Source of the DNA: Promethearchaeota archaeon
GTDB taxonomy: Archaea > Asgardarchaeota > Lokiarchaeia > Sigyniarchaeales > SOKP01
Assembly (NCBI GenBank): GCA_008080735.1
Contig: SHMW01000007.1
Location: 1 to 64,000 of the forward strand
Reading direction: 5' to 3'
Length of the DNA: 64,000 bases
Within the stretch, counting starts at the first letter, position 1. Every line of letters starts with the position of its first letter. Position numbers and translations under genes: made by a program. The notes below the pieces were generated by a model. That model made no database searches. It was not told where the DNA came from and was given only the letters and a program-made list of their open reading frames with translations. Below are positions 28,125 through 38,700 of this stretch, one piece after another.

Positions 28125-29189
28125 TTATTTTTTATTTATCCTCCAAAAGCCTTTTCTTCCGAGGAATTTCCCTATATATACAATGGAGAGCATTATTGGA
28201 ATCTCCCAAAAAAGCCCCATAGTTGTCCCAAGGGCAGCTATGCTTCCAACCCCGTATAATCCCACTGCAGTTGCGATTGCAATTTCAAAATGCGACGATG
28301 AACCTATTATTACGCTGATTATCGCCTCCTTATAAGCGAAGCCCAGAATTTTCGTAACCATGATGTTGTATAAGACAACGATAAAAAATCCCACCAACAA
28401 GGGGATAGAAACGATGACCATTAATTGGGGATTGTTCAATAATACTTCTCCATTTAAGGAAAACAGAATAATTAATGTTGTCAATAAGGCTACGATAGAG
28501 ATCTTTCCTACAGCAGGTTTATAGGTATTTTGAAACCAACTTTCACCTTTCGATTTTATTAAAAATTTTCGTGAAAGAATGCCTATTAAAAGTGGAAGTC
28601 CAATGAAAACTATTCCAGAAATTAGAAGTTGAGTCCAATCAATAGGGATATTCTGTATTCCCGTCAATAAAGACACCATAGGTACATATCCAATTATTAT
28701 TGTAATCGTGTTTATGCTAGTTGTCAATACATTCTGTTCTTGATTTCCTTTTGCCATCCAACCCCAAACTAGGACCATCGCGGTACATGGAGAACTGGAT
28801 AAAAGAATTATTGCAACAATGAGCTGCTGATCCACTAAAAAAATGTTAGCCATTGCCAATCCGACAAATGGGGCAATTAACCAATTTGAAACTAACGTGG
28901 CGATGACGGGTTTTGGATCTCTTCCTATCTGTTTTAATTCTGAGTATTGAAAATTTAACATCGCAGGATACATCATCAAAAATAAGCAAATGCCTATAGG
29001 AATTGAGATCCCACCTATTTTGATTGATTCGATGAATTCTCCTATTCCTGAAACCACTTGAGAAAGTAAAATCCCAATGAATATACATAGAGCAACCCAC
29101 GCAGGAAGAAACTTTTCAAAATAGCCAAGTTTTTTTTCTCTTTCTTTTAGCTCTTCCTCAATAGTTACTGAATTTCTTTTTTCAGACAT
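28125..29189 (-). CDS. acr3: ACR3-family arsenite efflux transporter
   Basis: LFLMMYP, SNWLIAP, PCTAMVLVW, SSHFEIAIA, WEIPIML. Confidence 0.93.
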   Translation of the reverse strand: MSEKRNSVTIEEELKEREKKLGYFEKFLPAWVALCIFIGILLSQVVSGIGEFIESIKIGGISIPIGICLFLMMYPAMLNFQYSELKQIGRDPKPVIATLVSNWLIAPFVGLAMANIFLVDQQLIVAIILLSSSPCTAMVLVWGWMAKGNQEQNVLTTSINTITIIIGYVPMVSLLTGIQNIPIDWTQLLISGIVFIGLPLLIGILSRKFLIKSKGESWFQNTYKPAVGKISIVALLTTLIILFSLNGEVLLNNPQLMVIVSIPLLVGFFIVVLYNIMVTKILGFAYKEAIISVIIGSSSHFEIAIATAVGLYGVGSIAALGTTMGLFWEIPIMLSIVYIGKFLGRKGFWRINKK

Positions 29190-29408
29190 AATTTTTTCAG
29201 ATTTTCGATATATATTTTCTGTTTATGAGTTTCATATTAGGTGAATTTATGCTCAGATTTAAATCTATCGATTTGAAATACTTGAGAAACTATAATGTTG
29301 AATATTTTAATCTATGGTACTTATTCAAGAATAGTAAGAGCTAAGGTTAAAAAATACTCCATTATCAAACAGCAATTGAGGGAAAACGATCTATTGATAA
29401 TAGGATTC

Positions 29409-30194
29409 TTATTCTAAATGAGAATGTGGAGATCCGAGAGGAACCAATGTATAATCGCCTCCAGATTCAAGTAAACCTTTTTTAAGGAGTTCTTCACAGA
29501 AGGGATTACCATAAAGATTTATATACAAATTTTTATTATGAATATAAGGGAGGATATCATCAGGGTTTGCGAGGAGATTACTTGAGAGTTCGACGGTGAG
29601 AAGATTTGGATGGCTAGTAAGATCGGGAAGCCGAGTTATTTGATTATTGAAGAGTAAAAGCTCATATAAATCAGGGAGAGAATAAATTTCACGAATTTTA
29701 TCTATCTTATTACAATTTATAGAGAGAGATCTTAGCTTTTTCAGTTTTTCAAGTCCTTCCATTTTAATAATATTATTCCAACCTAATGAAAGTCCTTCTA
29801 AATTTATATTTTTTTCTAACCCTTGAATAGTTCTAACTTGATTTAATTGGAGGGATAATCTTTTCAGTTTTGTTAGATTTTCGAGTCCTTTAATTTTAGA
29901 GATCTTATTTCTTCCTAAATTAAGAACTACAAGATTTTTGAGATGATTGATTCCTTTAATCTCACTGATTTGATTGTTACATAAACTTAGATATCTTAAG
30001 TTAGAAAGATATTTAATTCCTTGGATTTTAGATAACTTGCATCCAGAAATATCAATTCTTTTTAATTCAGTTAGACTTTCAAGCCCTTTTATTTCTGTAA
30101 TATCTTTAAGTGTCGGAGAATTATTTATTATTAGTGAATTATTGCTAACATAGAATTTTTGACCATCAAACTCTACACACTGATTTTCTGTCAT
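29409..30194 (-). CDS. Leucine-rich repeat protein
   Basis: 22-aa LxxLxLxxNxIxxIxGL repeats. Confidence 0.92.
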   Translation of the reverse strand: MTENQCVEFDGQKFYVSNNSLIINNSPTLKDITEIKGLESLTELKRIDISGCKLSKIQGIKYLSNLRYLSLCNNQISEIKGINHLKNLVVLNLGRNKISKIKGLENLTKLKRLSLQLNQVRTIQGLEKNINLEGLSLGWNNIIKMEGLEKLKKLRSLSINCNKIDKIREIYSLPDLYELLLFNNQITRLPDLTSHPNLLTVELSSNLLANPDDILPYIHNKNLYINLYGNPFCEELLKKGLLESGGDYTLVPLGSPHSHLE

Positions 30195-30299
30195 TTTATA
30201 TTAAAAGAAAGAAAAATGTGTATTTAAAAATACTCTCTGTGGAATTTTTTAATTTATGATTGCTCGATTATATTGAATAATCAGAAAAAAAATCTCTGT

Positions 30300-30743
30300 T
30301 TAATTCTTAATTATAGAGACCCCACCATAAATTGCTGCATAGGTGCCTAAAAAGGACATAATTTGCATTAATGTCGCTATCGCCATTAAACTCATAAATT
30401 TAATAATCGTTTGCTGAGAAGGTTCAACTTTTTTTATGTCTTTACATTCATATCCTCCTACTTTAGAAATCACCCAGTTCATCGAGGCAGCACAGCAATC
30501 AATCGCATTATTTAAATTATATTCCAAAGTGTTGAAAAATTTATATTGGGGAGAGTTAGGATTTGTCCAATGTTCTCTCCATCCATCTTTTGTTGTAGCA
30601 GCCGAAAAGAAAGTGTCACGAGCAACCTTAAATGTTAGAGTCTCTGGATTCCAAAATTTAGTATTTAATAGATTAGGTAATATTTTTTGAGAAGGAATAT
30701 TAGCGAAAAAGTATAAAAATCGAAAATTTGTGATATTCTTCTT
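30300..30743 (-). pseudogene. Probable 5'-disrupted gene
   Basis: The frame of the 75-aa ORF stays open back to 30743 (about 147 codons) with no ATG/GTG/TTG before 30527; ATGATG at 30808-30813 is in another frame and stops after a few codons. Confidence 0.4.
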
Positions 30744-30908
30744 TTATCAAAATTTTGTGTGATTTGAAATCTTTAAAATATTCTCCTAAAATTTATCGAT
30801 TCGGATTCATCATGGTCAATCTGAAATCTATAATTACTTTATAACACTATATTGATATAGAGAAAGGAATATTGGTGATTTAATATAGATAGAGAAAGAA
30901 AAAAAGAA

Positions 30909-31298
30909 GTGATGAATACTTTAGAGAGTTGCGTGGATATGGAGGGTGTTAATATGGTCCAATATTTTAATGAATTGAGGGAATTAGGAAAATCTATTCA
31001 AAAAAATAAAAAGTTTAGAGAAGTCTTGGACTTCTGCAACACTCTGGGCAATGAAGAACGTTTAAAAATCGTTGAGAGTCTTAAAAAGCAAGACCATTGT
31101 GTATGCGAATTAGAGGTTATTTTAGACAAATCTCAACCAACCATTTCCCATCACTTACGGGAACTGGAAAAGATTGGACTCATACGAGGCTGGAAAAAAG
31201 GAAAATTTACTCATTATGATATTGTTGATGAGAAAATGGAGCATTATATAAGTTTATTGACATCACGTTTTAAAGAGAAGGGAAAATCCTCTAATTAA
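30909..31298 (+). CDS. arsR: ArsR/SmtB-family transcriptional repressor
   Basis: LGNEERLKI, HCVCEL (As-binding-type box), SQPTISHHLREL. Confidence 0.9.
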   Translation: MMNTLESCVDMEGVNMVQYFNELRELGKSIQKNKKFREVLDFCNTLGNEERLKIVESLKKQDHCVCELEVILDKSQPTISHHLRELEKIGLIRGWKKGKFTHYDIVDEKMEHYISLLTSRFKEKGKSSN

Positions 31299-31363
31299 AA
31301 TTTGAAGTAGCATTCTTAGTTATTATTATAAATTGGAATAGAATAATATAAGTATACATAATA

Positions 31364-31903
31364 ATGTCTGAAATTAATATTAGTAAAGAGGATATCTCGT
31401 TCTTCGGAAATGAGGTACCTCAAGAGAAAGATATTATATTTAGTGGTTATGCACTAATTGCAAATAAAGTCGGCAGGATATATAGATGGCATTCACCCAT
31501 TTTTATTACAACGGAAGAGATTATATTTTATCAACCTCTCCATTCTCGATTTAAAGAGGGGATAAATAAAGTAGAGCTCTATAAAACTCACGTATTTAAA
31601 AATTATAAGCATCTCTATGTTTCTTCTTGGGATATCCGACCGAAATATAATGAACGATCACCTGAAACAAAAGAGGAGTTTAAAGCACGATGGAAAAGGT
31701 TTCAAAAAACGGTCCTCCCTCATGTAATTAGGAGTATGAAGGAACATTTGAAATTCATCGAAGTAAATAAGGATGATCCTGAATTTTATAATGATAAAGA
31801 TAATATGGAAATGCCTTGGTTTGGGACTGAAAAAAAATTAGAAACACATATTCAAAAAACATTGCCTAAACTCGAAAAAAAGTTAGCAAAAATTTCTAAA
31901 TAA
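31364..31903 (+). CDS. Hypothetical protein
   Basis: 179-aa ORF, no recognised motif. Confidence 0.65.
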   Translation: MSEINISKEDISFFGNEVPQEKDIIFSGYALIANKVGRIYRWHSPIFITTEEIIFYQPLHSRFKEGINKVELYKTHVFKNYKHLYVSSWDIRPKYNERSPETKEEFKARWKRFQKTVLPHVIRSMKEHLKFIEVNKDDPEFYNDKDNMEMPWFGTEKKLETHIQKTLPKLEKKLAKISK

Positions 31904-31930
31904 TATCTAAAAACAAGAAGGTGGAGCGGA

Positions 31931-32707
31931 ATGGAAAATAAGTTAGATCAACCACTTTGGCTGATTGTTTGTCAATCTGATTTAATTGCCAAAGCTAACC
32001 TTGCTTCAGAGCTTAATCAGAATGATCTTACACTAGATTCATATTTTAATTTTGATATGTCTATTTCAGAGATATACAAAGGTACGGATATGCCAGAGCT
32101 CATCCCAATGAGACAATATATTTACGAAGACACACACTTTCCTTTACAAAAAATGAAAAGTAATGATATAATCATTTTTGCGATAGATTATCGCCATGAT
32201 AAATATAATAAGTGTTTTTACTTCACGGAAAATAACAATAATCCTTCTTTTATAATTTTTGATGATAATGTCGTACAAAAAATCAGATCGGAATTAGATC
32301 TGCAAAATAGATTGCTAAATAACTTTCTGGAGAATCCTAAGAAAGTTCCAAACGAAGATAAGATAAAACAATTCATCACGAATATTCTTAATCCAGAAAA
32401 AGCAGAAGAAACGTATGAAAAAATTGAATCATTTAATTCAAAAGATGTTCCCGCACTGACTAAGCATATGAATGATCGACGGGAATTACCAATTCAACAC
32501 ATTCAATTAGCCAACAAAAGTGAAAACGCATTCGAGGCATATCGACATTATAGTCCACAGCAAGTTATTGATCTTATCGCAGCTATTCTCAATCATATCA
32601 CGGGTATGACATTTGGGTTTATTTATAACGGTGAAATCAGCTCAGAACGAGATAAAACCTATAAAAAATGGATTATTTGGCTTGAGAGACAAAACTTCAA
32701 AAACTGA
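31931..32707 (+). CDS. Hypothetical protein
   Basis: 258-aa ORF preceded by GGAG, no recognised motif. Confidence 0.65.
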   Translation: MENKLDQPLWLIVCQSDLIAKANLASELNQNDLTLDSYFNFDMSISEIYKGTDMPELIPMRQYIYEDTHFPLQKMKSNDIIIFAIDYRHDKYNKCFYFTENNNNPSFIIFDDNVVQKIRSELDLQNRLLNNFLENPKKVPNEDKIKQFITNILNPEKAEETYEKIESFNSKDVPALTKHMNDRRELPIQHIQLANKSENAFEAYRHYSPQQVIDLIAAILNHITGMTFGFIYNGEISSERDKTYKKWIIWLERQNFKN

Positions 32708-32717
32708 AATGGAACTC

Positions 32718-33554
32718 TCACAAATTTTCTTCAATTTTTCTAAATTCTTTATTAACCAGTCTATCTATCCACCTTTCGGGTAAAATTTTGATTAATCGAT
32801 ATTTCAAGGTGCTGGGAGCAATCAAATAGCGTAATTTGGGTTTCTTTTTAATTAATGCTTCATAGACCACCTTACCAACTTCTTTTGGATTTAATCCTTC
32901 ACTCTTTCCTTTTTCAATGGCGTGTTCTCCCAGTTTTTTAGCATACGGAGTGAAGATTGAGTTGGTTTCCCGTTTTAATAATTTCTTTCCTTTATCCCAA
33001 ATAGGAGTGGCAACTCTTCCTGGCTGAATAAGAATCACTTTCATATCGCAGAGGAGTAACTCTCGTCGTAATGAATCGCTATAACCTTCCAATGCAAATT
33101 TACTCGCGCAGTAGGGACCGAAAAACGGAGTCGCAAAAAACCCACTATCACTACTCATCATAATTATTCGCCCCTTTGACTTTTCCAGCAGAGGAAAAAA
33201 TGTTTTAGTCACCATATGAATTCCAAATAAATTTACTTCAAATTGTTCCCGAAGATCTTGAATTGGAAGATCCATAAGTGGTCCTGCACGAGCGATACCA
33301 GCATTGTTTACGAGGCCATAGAGCCCCGTTTTTTGTTCTTTAATATTATTAAATGCGTCTTGAATTGTCTTTTCAATAGTAACATCGAGATATATCGGGG
33401 AGATATTTGGAATATTTACTAACTCTTGAAAGTCTTTACCATCCCGGACCCCACCATACACAGAAAACCCGTTATATGCAAGACATTCTGCTGTTGCGCG
33501 CCCAATACCGCTACTCGCTCCTGTAATTAATATCGCCTTTCGATTTTCATTCAT
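32718..33554 (-). CDS. Short-chain dehydrogenase/reductase
   Basis: TGASSGIG, NNAG, YCASK. Confidence 0.93.
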   Translation of the reverse strand: MNENRKAILITGASSGIGRATAECLAYNGFSVYGGVRDGKDFQELVNIPNISPIYLDVTIEKTIQDAFNNIKEQKTGLYGLVNNAGIARAGPLMDLPIQDLREQFEVNLFGIHMVTKTFFPLLEKSKGRIIMMSSDSGFFATPFFGPYCASKFALEGYSDSLRRELLLCDMKVILIQPGRVATPIWDKGKKLLKRETNSIFTPYAKKLGEHAIEKGKSEGLNPKEVGKVVYEALIKKKPKLRYLIAPSTLKYRLIKILPERWIDRLVNKEFRKIEENL

Positions 33555-33746
33555 AATTAGCCTAATTTCTTTTAATTATGTATTTTATCAATCTTTAACT
33601 AATGAATGAATCGCTATATATGAGCTCTATTGATGAATAGCTAAAAAGAAATAGAAAATGAATATTTAAAATAAAAATTGAAAATAAGCGAAATAAAAAA
33701 AACTTTAAATTAAAATAAAGGAGATTTTGTTAAACATTCTGTTTTA

Positions 33747-33833
33747 CTATGTAAGACCATACTTAATTAGGATTATAATTATCACAACTATTATTAAAAC
33801 TAATACACCTATAAAGATCCAGAATGGGTCCAT
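33747..33833 (-). CDS. 28-aa single-TM micro-protein (not in ORF track)
   Basis: MDPFWIFIGVLVLIIVVIIIILIKYGLT, ATG to TAG. Confidence 0.55.
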   Translation of the reverse strand: MDPFWIFIGVLVLIIVVIIIILIKYGLT

Positions 33834-34114
33834 TTTAGCTATTCAACTCTAATTGATTTCTATGTAGTAATATTTAAATTCTCTATAAATACTTTTTCAA
33901 AGTCCACTTTCCGATCTAATGAAAAAAATGAAAAAACTTCAGATGGTTAGAATTGCCAAAATCTAAAATTTGATTTATATGTATAGATTATAAACTATTT
34001 CTTGAGATTCCCTTAATTTAGGAACTGTTTTTTAGAAAACCCTTATAGAGTGAAGAGATAAGATATATTTAATTAGATCGACACATAACACTAAAACCAA
34101 ACGAGGTGTAAATT

Positions 34115-34231
34115 ATGCCTAAGGTTGAATTGGAATGTCCTATGTGTGATGCGACTTTTACTGGAGATACCGAAGAAGAGGCGAGGAGAAAAAAGAAGGA
34201 GCATGGTAGGACTCATCACAGGAGTAAGTAA
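34115..34231 (+). CDS. 38-aa C2H2-type zinc-finger micro-protein (DUF1059-like; not in ORF track)
   Basis: MPKVELECPMCDATFTGDTEEEARRKKKEHGRTHHRSK; SD-like GAGGTG at 34103-34108; T-rich tract after the stop. Confidence 0.8.
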   Translation: MPKVELECPMCDATFTGDTEEEARRKKKEHGRTHHRSK

Positions 34232-34461
34232 TTAGTTTTTTCATAAATACTCCCTTCTTTTATATTTTTTAAGGAAGAATCTAATTTTTTTTATTTACAA
34301 TAATTAACTCATCTTAGAAATAGATTCTATTTTATTCTAATTTCATAAAATATGGAAACTCCCTTCCTTTTTATAGGGTAGAACAAGAATACATTTATTA
34401 TGATGGATTTCCATAAAATTAATGTTGAACCAATTTTTATCTTATTCGGGGAGATACCACT

Positions 34462-35727
34462 ATGAACGATTTTAACCGCAAAAAGAATTTAATAAAGTTT
34501 CTGAATATAATCAACCCATCAGAAATTAATATTAAGAAGGAAGAGATATTTTATCGGGAAAAGTATAAAGAAATCATTAATTATTTGAAGTTAATTTTAA
34601 CGGAATCCAAGGATTTGGAAATTTATAATTATGTTAACCCAAAAGGATTAGTATTAATTCACGCTCATCCAGGAATTGATTTATTAGATTATCTAAAATT
34701 AATTTGTTCAAACTTTTATATTCATTGCGTACAATTTAAAGAATCTGAAATTGCCGAAAATCCTAAGGAATTTTTAGAGGATTTTACTAGTATTTTTAAC
34801 TATTTTGATGAGATTCTAATAGAAGAATCGGGCAAACAGAGTAAGGATAAAAATCAAAAGGAAGATAATTCAAAAGAAATTAATAATCAAAAACTACTAA
34901 TAGTGAATCAAAACCAGCGTTTGGAACAGCTTGTAGGGGTTAATAATTTGCTCCAGAAGTTCTTGTTTTATTATCAAGAAGAGGATAATTTAACTAAAAT
35001 AATAAAAAATAATCTGGTAATCATATGGGTTATTTATAATTATGAAGGCATTTTAAACGTTTCAGACCAAATTTACAAAGTGTTTGATTTTATAATTAGA
35101 GTTCCGATATTAAATAAGATGGAGCGACAACAGGTTTTTAGGGAATTCATGGAAAAGAATCCAAAAATCTCATTTGATATTAATAAACTTGTTGAATTGA
35201 CAGAAGAATGGGAAGTTGAGGAGATTAATCATTTACTTAGAACGGGGATCTTAAAGCATCATATAAATGCCGATTTGAATACAACTAGCAATGAAATCAC
35301 GGATATCATTATAGATTTAGTGGAGTCCAGAGAATTTATTCCATATGGTAAAAAACACCTTGAAAAGAACAAAAAAGAACAAAAAAGCATCCCAGAAGGA
35401 TCTTCTACAGAGAAAAACATAACAGAACGAGACTTGAAAGAACACATACCGATAGAGTCAAAAGAAGAGATTCTTAATCAAATTAAATCTGAAAATTATT
35501 CTGAGTTTATGCTCAACCAATTATATGAAAACGCTGCTTCGGAAAATTATAATGAATTGGTTTTGATTATTGATAAATTAGACAAAAAAGAACCTTTGGA
35601 AGATAACGATAGGAAATTACTGTCGAAATATCCATTTATATTAAATAATTCTCCATCCCGAGCCCAAATATTTCTCGAGAAAGCAAAAAAAAGAATTGAT
35701 ATGATTACCAAATCATTCGGAAAATAA
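34462..35727 (+). CDS. Degenerate AAA+ family protein, likely catalytically inactive
   Basis: KEIINYLK..PKGLVLIHAHPGIDLL (eroded Walker A); FDFIIRVPILNKMERQQVF..DINKLVELTEEW lid pattern. Confidence 0.6.
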   Translation: MNDFNRKKNLIKFLNIINPSEINIKKEEIFYREKYKEIINYLKLILTESKDLEIYNYVNPKGLVLIHAHPGIDLLDYLKLICSNFYIHCVQFKESEIAENPKEFLEDFTSIFNYFDEILIEESGKQSKDKNQKEDNSKEINNQKLLIVNQNQRLEQLVGVNNLLQKFLFYYQEEDNLTKIIKNNLVIIWVIYNYEGILNVSDQIYKVFDFIIRVPILNKMERQQVFREFMEKNPKISFDINKLVELTEEWEVEEINHLLRTGILKHHINADLNTTSNEITDIIIDLVESREFIPYGKKHLEKNKKEQKSIPEGSSTEKNITERDLKEHIPIESKEEILNQIKSENYSEFMLNQLYENAASENYNELVLIIDKLDKKEPLEDNDRKLLSKYPFILNNSPSRAQIFLEKAKKRIDMITKSFGK

Positions 35728-35745
35728 GATAAGAGTAGATATTAA

Positions 35746-38700
35746 ATGAGTGATAATTCTAAAGAGACCATGGAAATAGGGAGGAAAAATCCATTGGAGA
35801 GACCAGTTCATATCCAGAAAGTCATTTTAGAAAACTTTCTCTCATTTAAAAAAGATGAAGTAAATATTGGAGATAATAAATTTATTATTATAATCGGACC
35901 AAATTGGAGCGGTAAGACATCAATATTTCAAGGAATAAAATTTGCGCTCGGAAGTAATGAGCGAGGAGAACGTTACCCCAAATGGTCAGATTTTATACGC
36001 CATGGACAAGACCATACGATGGTTGAGATACATATTTTAGATAATTCTAACTTATTAAAAATCAGAAGAACTGTTGTAAAAGGTCATTCTCCGTTTTTCG
36101 AATTGAAAACACCTAAAGATAAAGAATTTAGAAAAGTTAAAGCCAGTGAAATTCAAGAGATCGTTTCAGAGCTACATTATAATCCTGATAATCAATTTGC
36201 GTTTGTGAGTCAAGGAAAGATCGATGCTATCAAGGATCTCAAACCTACTGAACTTTGTACTTTTCTTGAAGAAGGAATCGGATTGATTGGATTAAGAAAG
36301 GAAATTTTACAAAAAAAGGATGATATCGAGATTCTAAATTCAGAATTATTATCTCTAAACACAAAAAAGAATTCTTTAAATATCAATTTAGAGCTCTTGA
36401 GGCCAAAATTAGAAAGATTAGAGGAGAAAAAGAAGCTAGAGAAGAGAAAACGAAACTTTGAGGATGAGTTGTTATGGGCGAACCGTCAAAAATTATTATT
36501 GGAAATTGTGGATCTAACAGATGAGGTTAAAAAACTAAATTCTATGATACATACGGTTGAGACTCAAAAGCAAGAAAACCTCGAAGAAGCTGAATCATTA
36601 TCAAAAGAAATTGAACAAATAGAGGACGAAATTAATAAAATATCAAAAGAACTTGGGCAAAATGAATATCGTAAACAAGATTTAGTAGGGAAAATTAAGA
36701 GATGGCAGAAAGCAAAGGTTCAAATGAAAGAAGAACTGGACAGAATTTCTGAAAAAAGAAAAATTCAAGAAAAAAAGCTAGAAAACCTTCAAAAACAGAA
36801 AGTAAGCATTCACAGCAATTTATCTGCGGTAGATAAAGAGGTTTCTGATATTGAAGAGAAAATTGAAGAATTAATTAAAGAACAAGCGGAATTATCAGAT
36901 AAAATCGAGGAAAATAAAGTATTTTTAGAACAATATAATCAATTAGCCTCTGAAATAAAGCAAAAAGAAAGACAAATTGAAAAGAATAGAACTATAATAC
37001 AAGATCTTGATAGCCAAATTAATCAACTGTTTCAAAGTTTCAAAGATATCAAACATAAACTGGATAAAAACAAATGGTTTTTAGAAAATCCAACTAAAAA
37101 TTTATTAAAAGAGCTTGATGTAAAATTAGAAAAAACTTCATCGAGATTATTCGCTATTGAAGAGGAATTAAAGAAATTAGAACATGAAAAATCACGGAAA
37201 ATTAATGAATTTAAGCGTTTGAGAGGATCCTTGGACGAAAGGAGAATTGTATTGCCAACGAATATAAATATTCTGAAAGATGAAATCAGAAAAAGAGATT
37301 TGGCTGTTAAGGGGCCTATTATTGAATATATTAAATATGATGATAAATTAAGTTATGCAATTGAATCTGTATTAGGGGAAAAGCTCCTATATAGTTTTGT
37401 TGCCTCCGATTGGGACACATTAGATCTTTTAAAGAGGTTAAAAGAAAAATATAAAGCCTATTGTAATATCTATGTTCCTAAATCAGCAAATATTCACCCT
37501 TTAAGAACTTTTGAAGCCGAAGGGGCTGTTGGATATTTAGCAGAACTTATAAAAACCAATGATATTGAGATCAAAAAGGTAATTTACTCTAAAGTTAAAA
37601 ATTGCTTGGTGGTGAAAGACTACAGAAGCGGGAAAGATATGTATAAGAAATATAATTTCAAAGGGAAATGTGTCACGCTTAAGGGAGAACAGATTATTTC
37701 ATATAAATATGTCTATGAGACTCCATATCGTAAACAATTAAAAGGATTATTGAGCGCAGGAACTCAAAAGGAGCAAGCAGATAAGTTAGAAAATCAGATA
37801 AAGCGTCTTACAGATAATATTTCAGATTTAAAAGTGCAAGCATCAAAATTGGACAATATCCAAAAAGATATTTACAATAAAAAGCGTGCATTCAATGACC
37901 TCCTCTACAATTTTAACCAGAAACAGAGAATCACTTCAAAGAAAAACCAATTATATGAACAAAAGGCGAATTTAGAAGAACTAAACACTCAACTTTCTAA
38001 AGAGATTGATATTCTTAAAACTGAATTGAAAGAATTAGAAAAAGAAAAATCTCCCGATTTCTTCAAATGGAACGAACGTTTAAACAAAATACCTAACCAA
38101 TTAAAAGATTTGAATAAGGAAAAGAAAGAATGGAACAAAAAACTTGCCGAAAGTAGGGAAATATATTCTGCTGTTGACGCGAAAATAAGTAAGGTCGATA
38201 GCAAAATAGAACTCTTGAGTACAGAGTTTGAGACTAAGCAAGAAAACTTCCAAAAGGCGGATAAAGAAGCGTTTGAGATCTATCGGGAATTAGATGATGT
38301 TGAAACAAACATCAATGAACTTAATGAGAAGATTTACAACTTAAAAGAAAAAAGAAAAGAGAAACTAGCGGACAAATCAATTTTAGATAAGAAAAGAATT
38401 GAATTAGAGTTAAAAATTGAACAAGAAACCATAAACTTAAAACATACTAAACAAGAACTTAATTCTAGAAATGAAGACTTGGCGCGTGTCGATAGGGAAA
38501 TTGGTGGAGAGAAAAAGGAGGAGGAAATCGAAACACGACCCGTTCAAGAAATTAAAGACGACATCTTCCAAATAGACAAAGAATTATTGAAATATTATGA
38601 TGTAGATGATTCTATCTTAGTGGAGCGCGACCAAATTATGTCATCACTTAAGAAAATCGCAAAGAATCAGAAAGATTTGGAAAATGATATCAATGCTGCA

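Noticed and set aside
30847-30860. CTATAT-TG-ATATAG upstream of arsR as an operator
   Set aside because: Short and AT-rich, and I could not find a convincing second copy upstream of acr3
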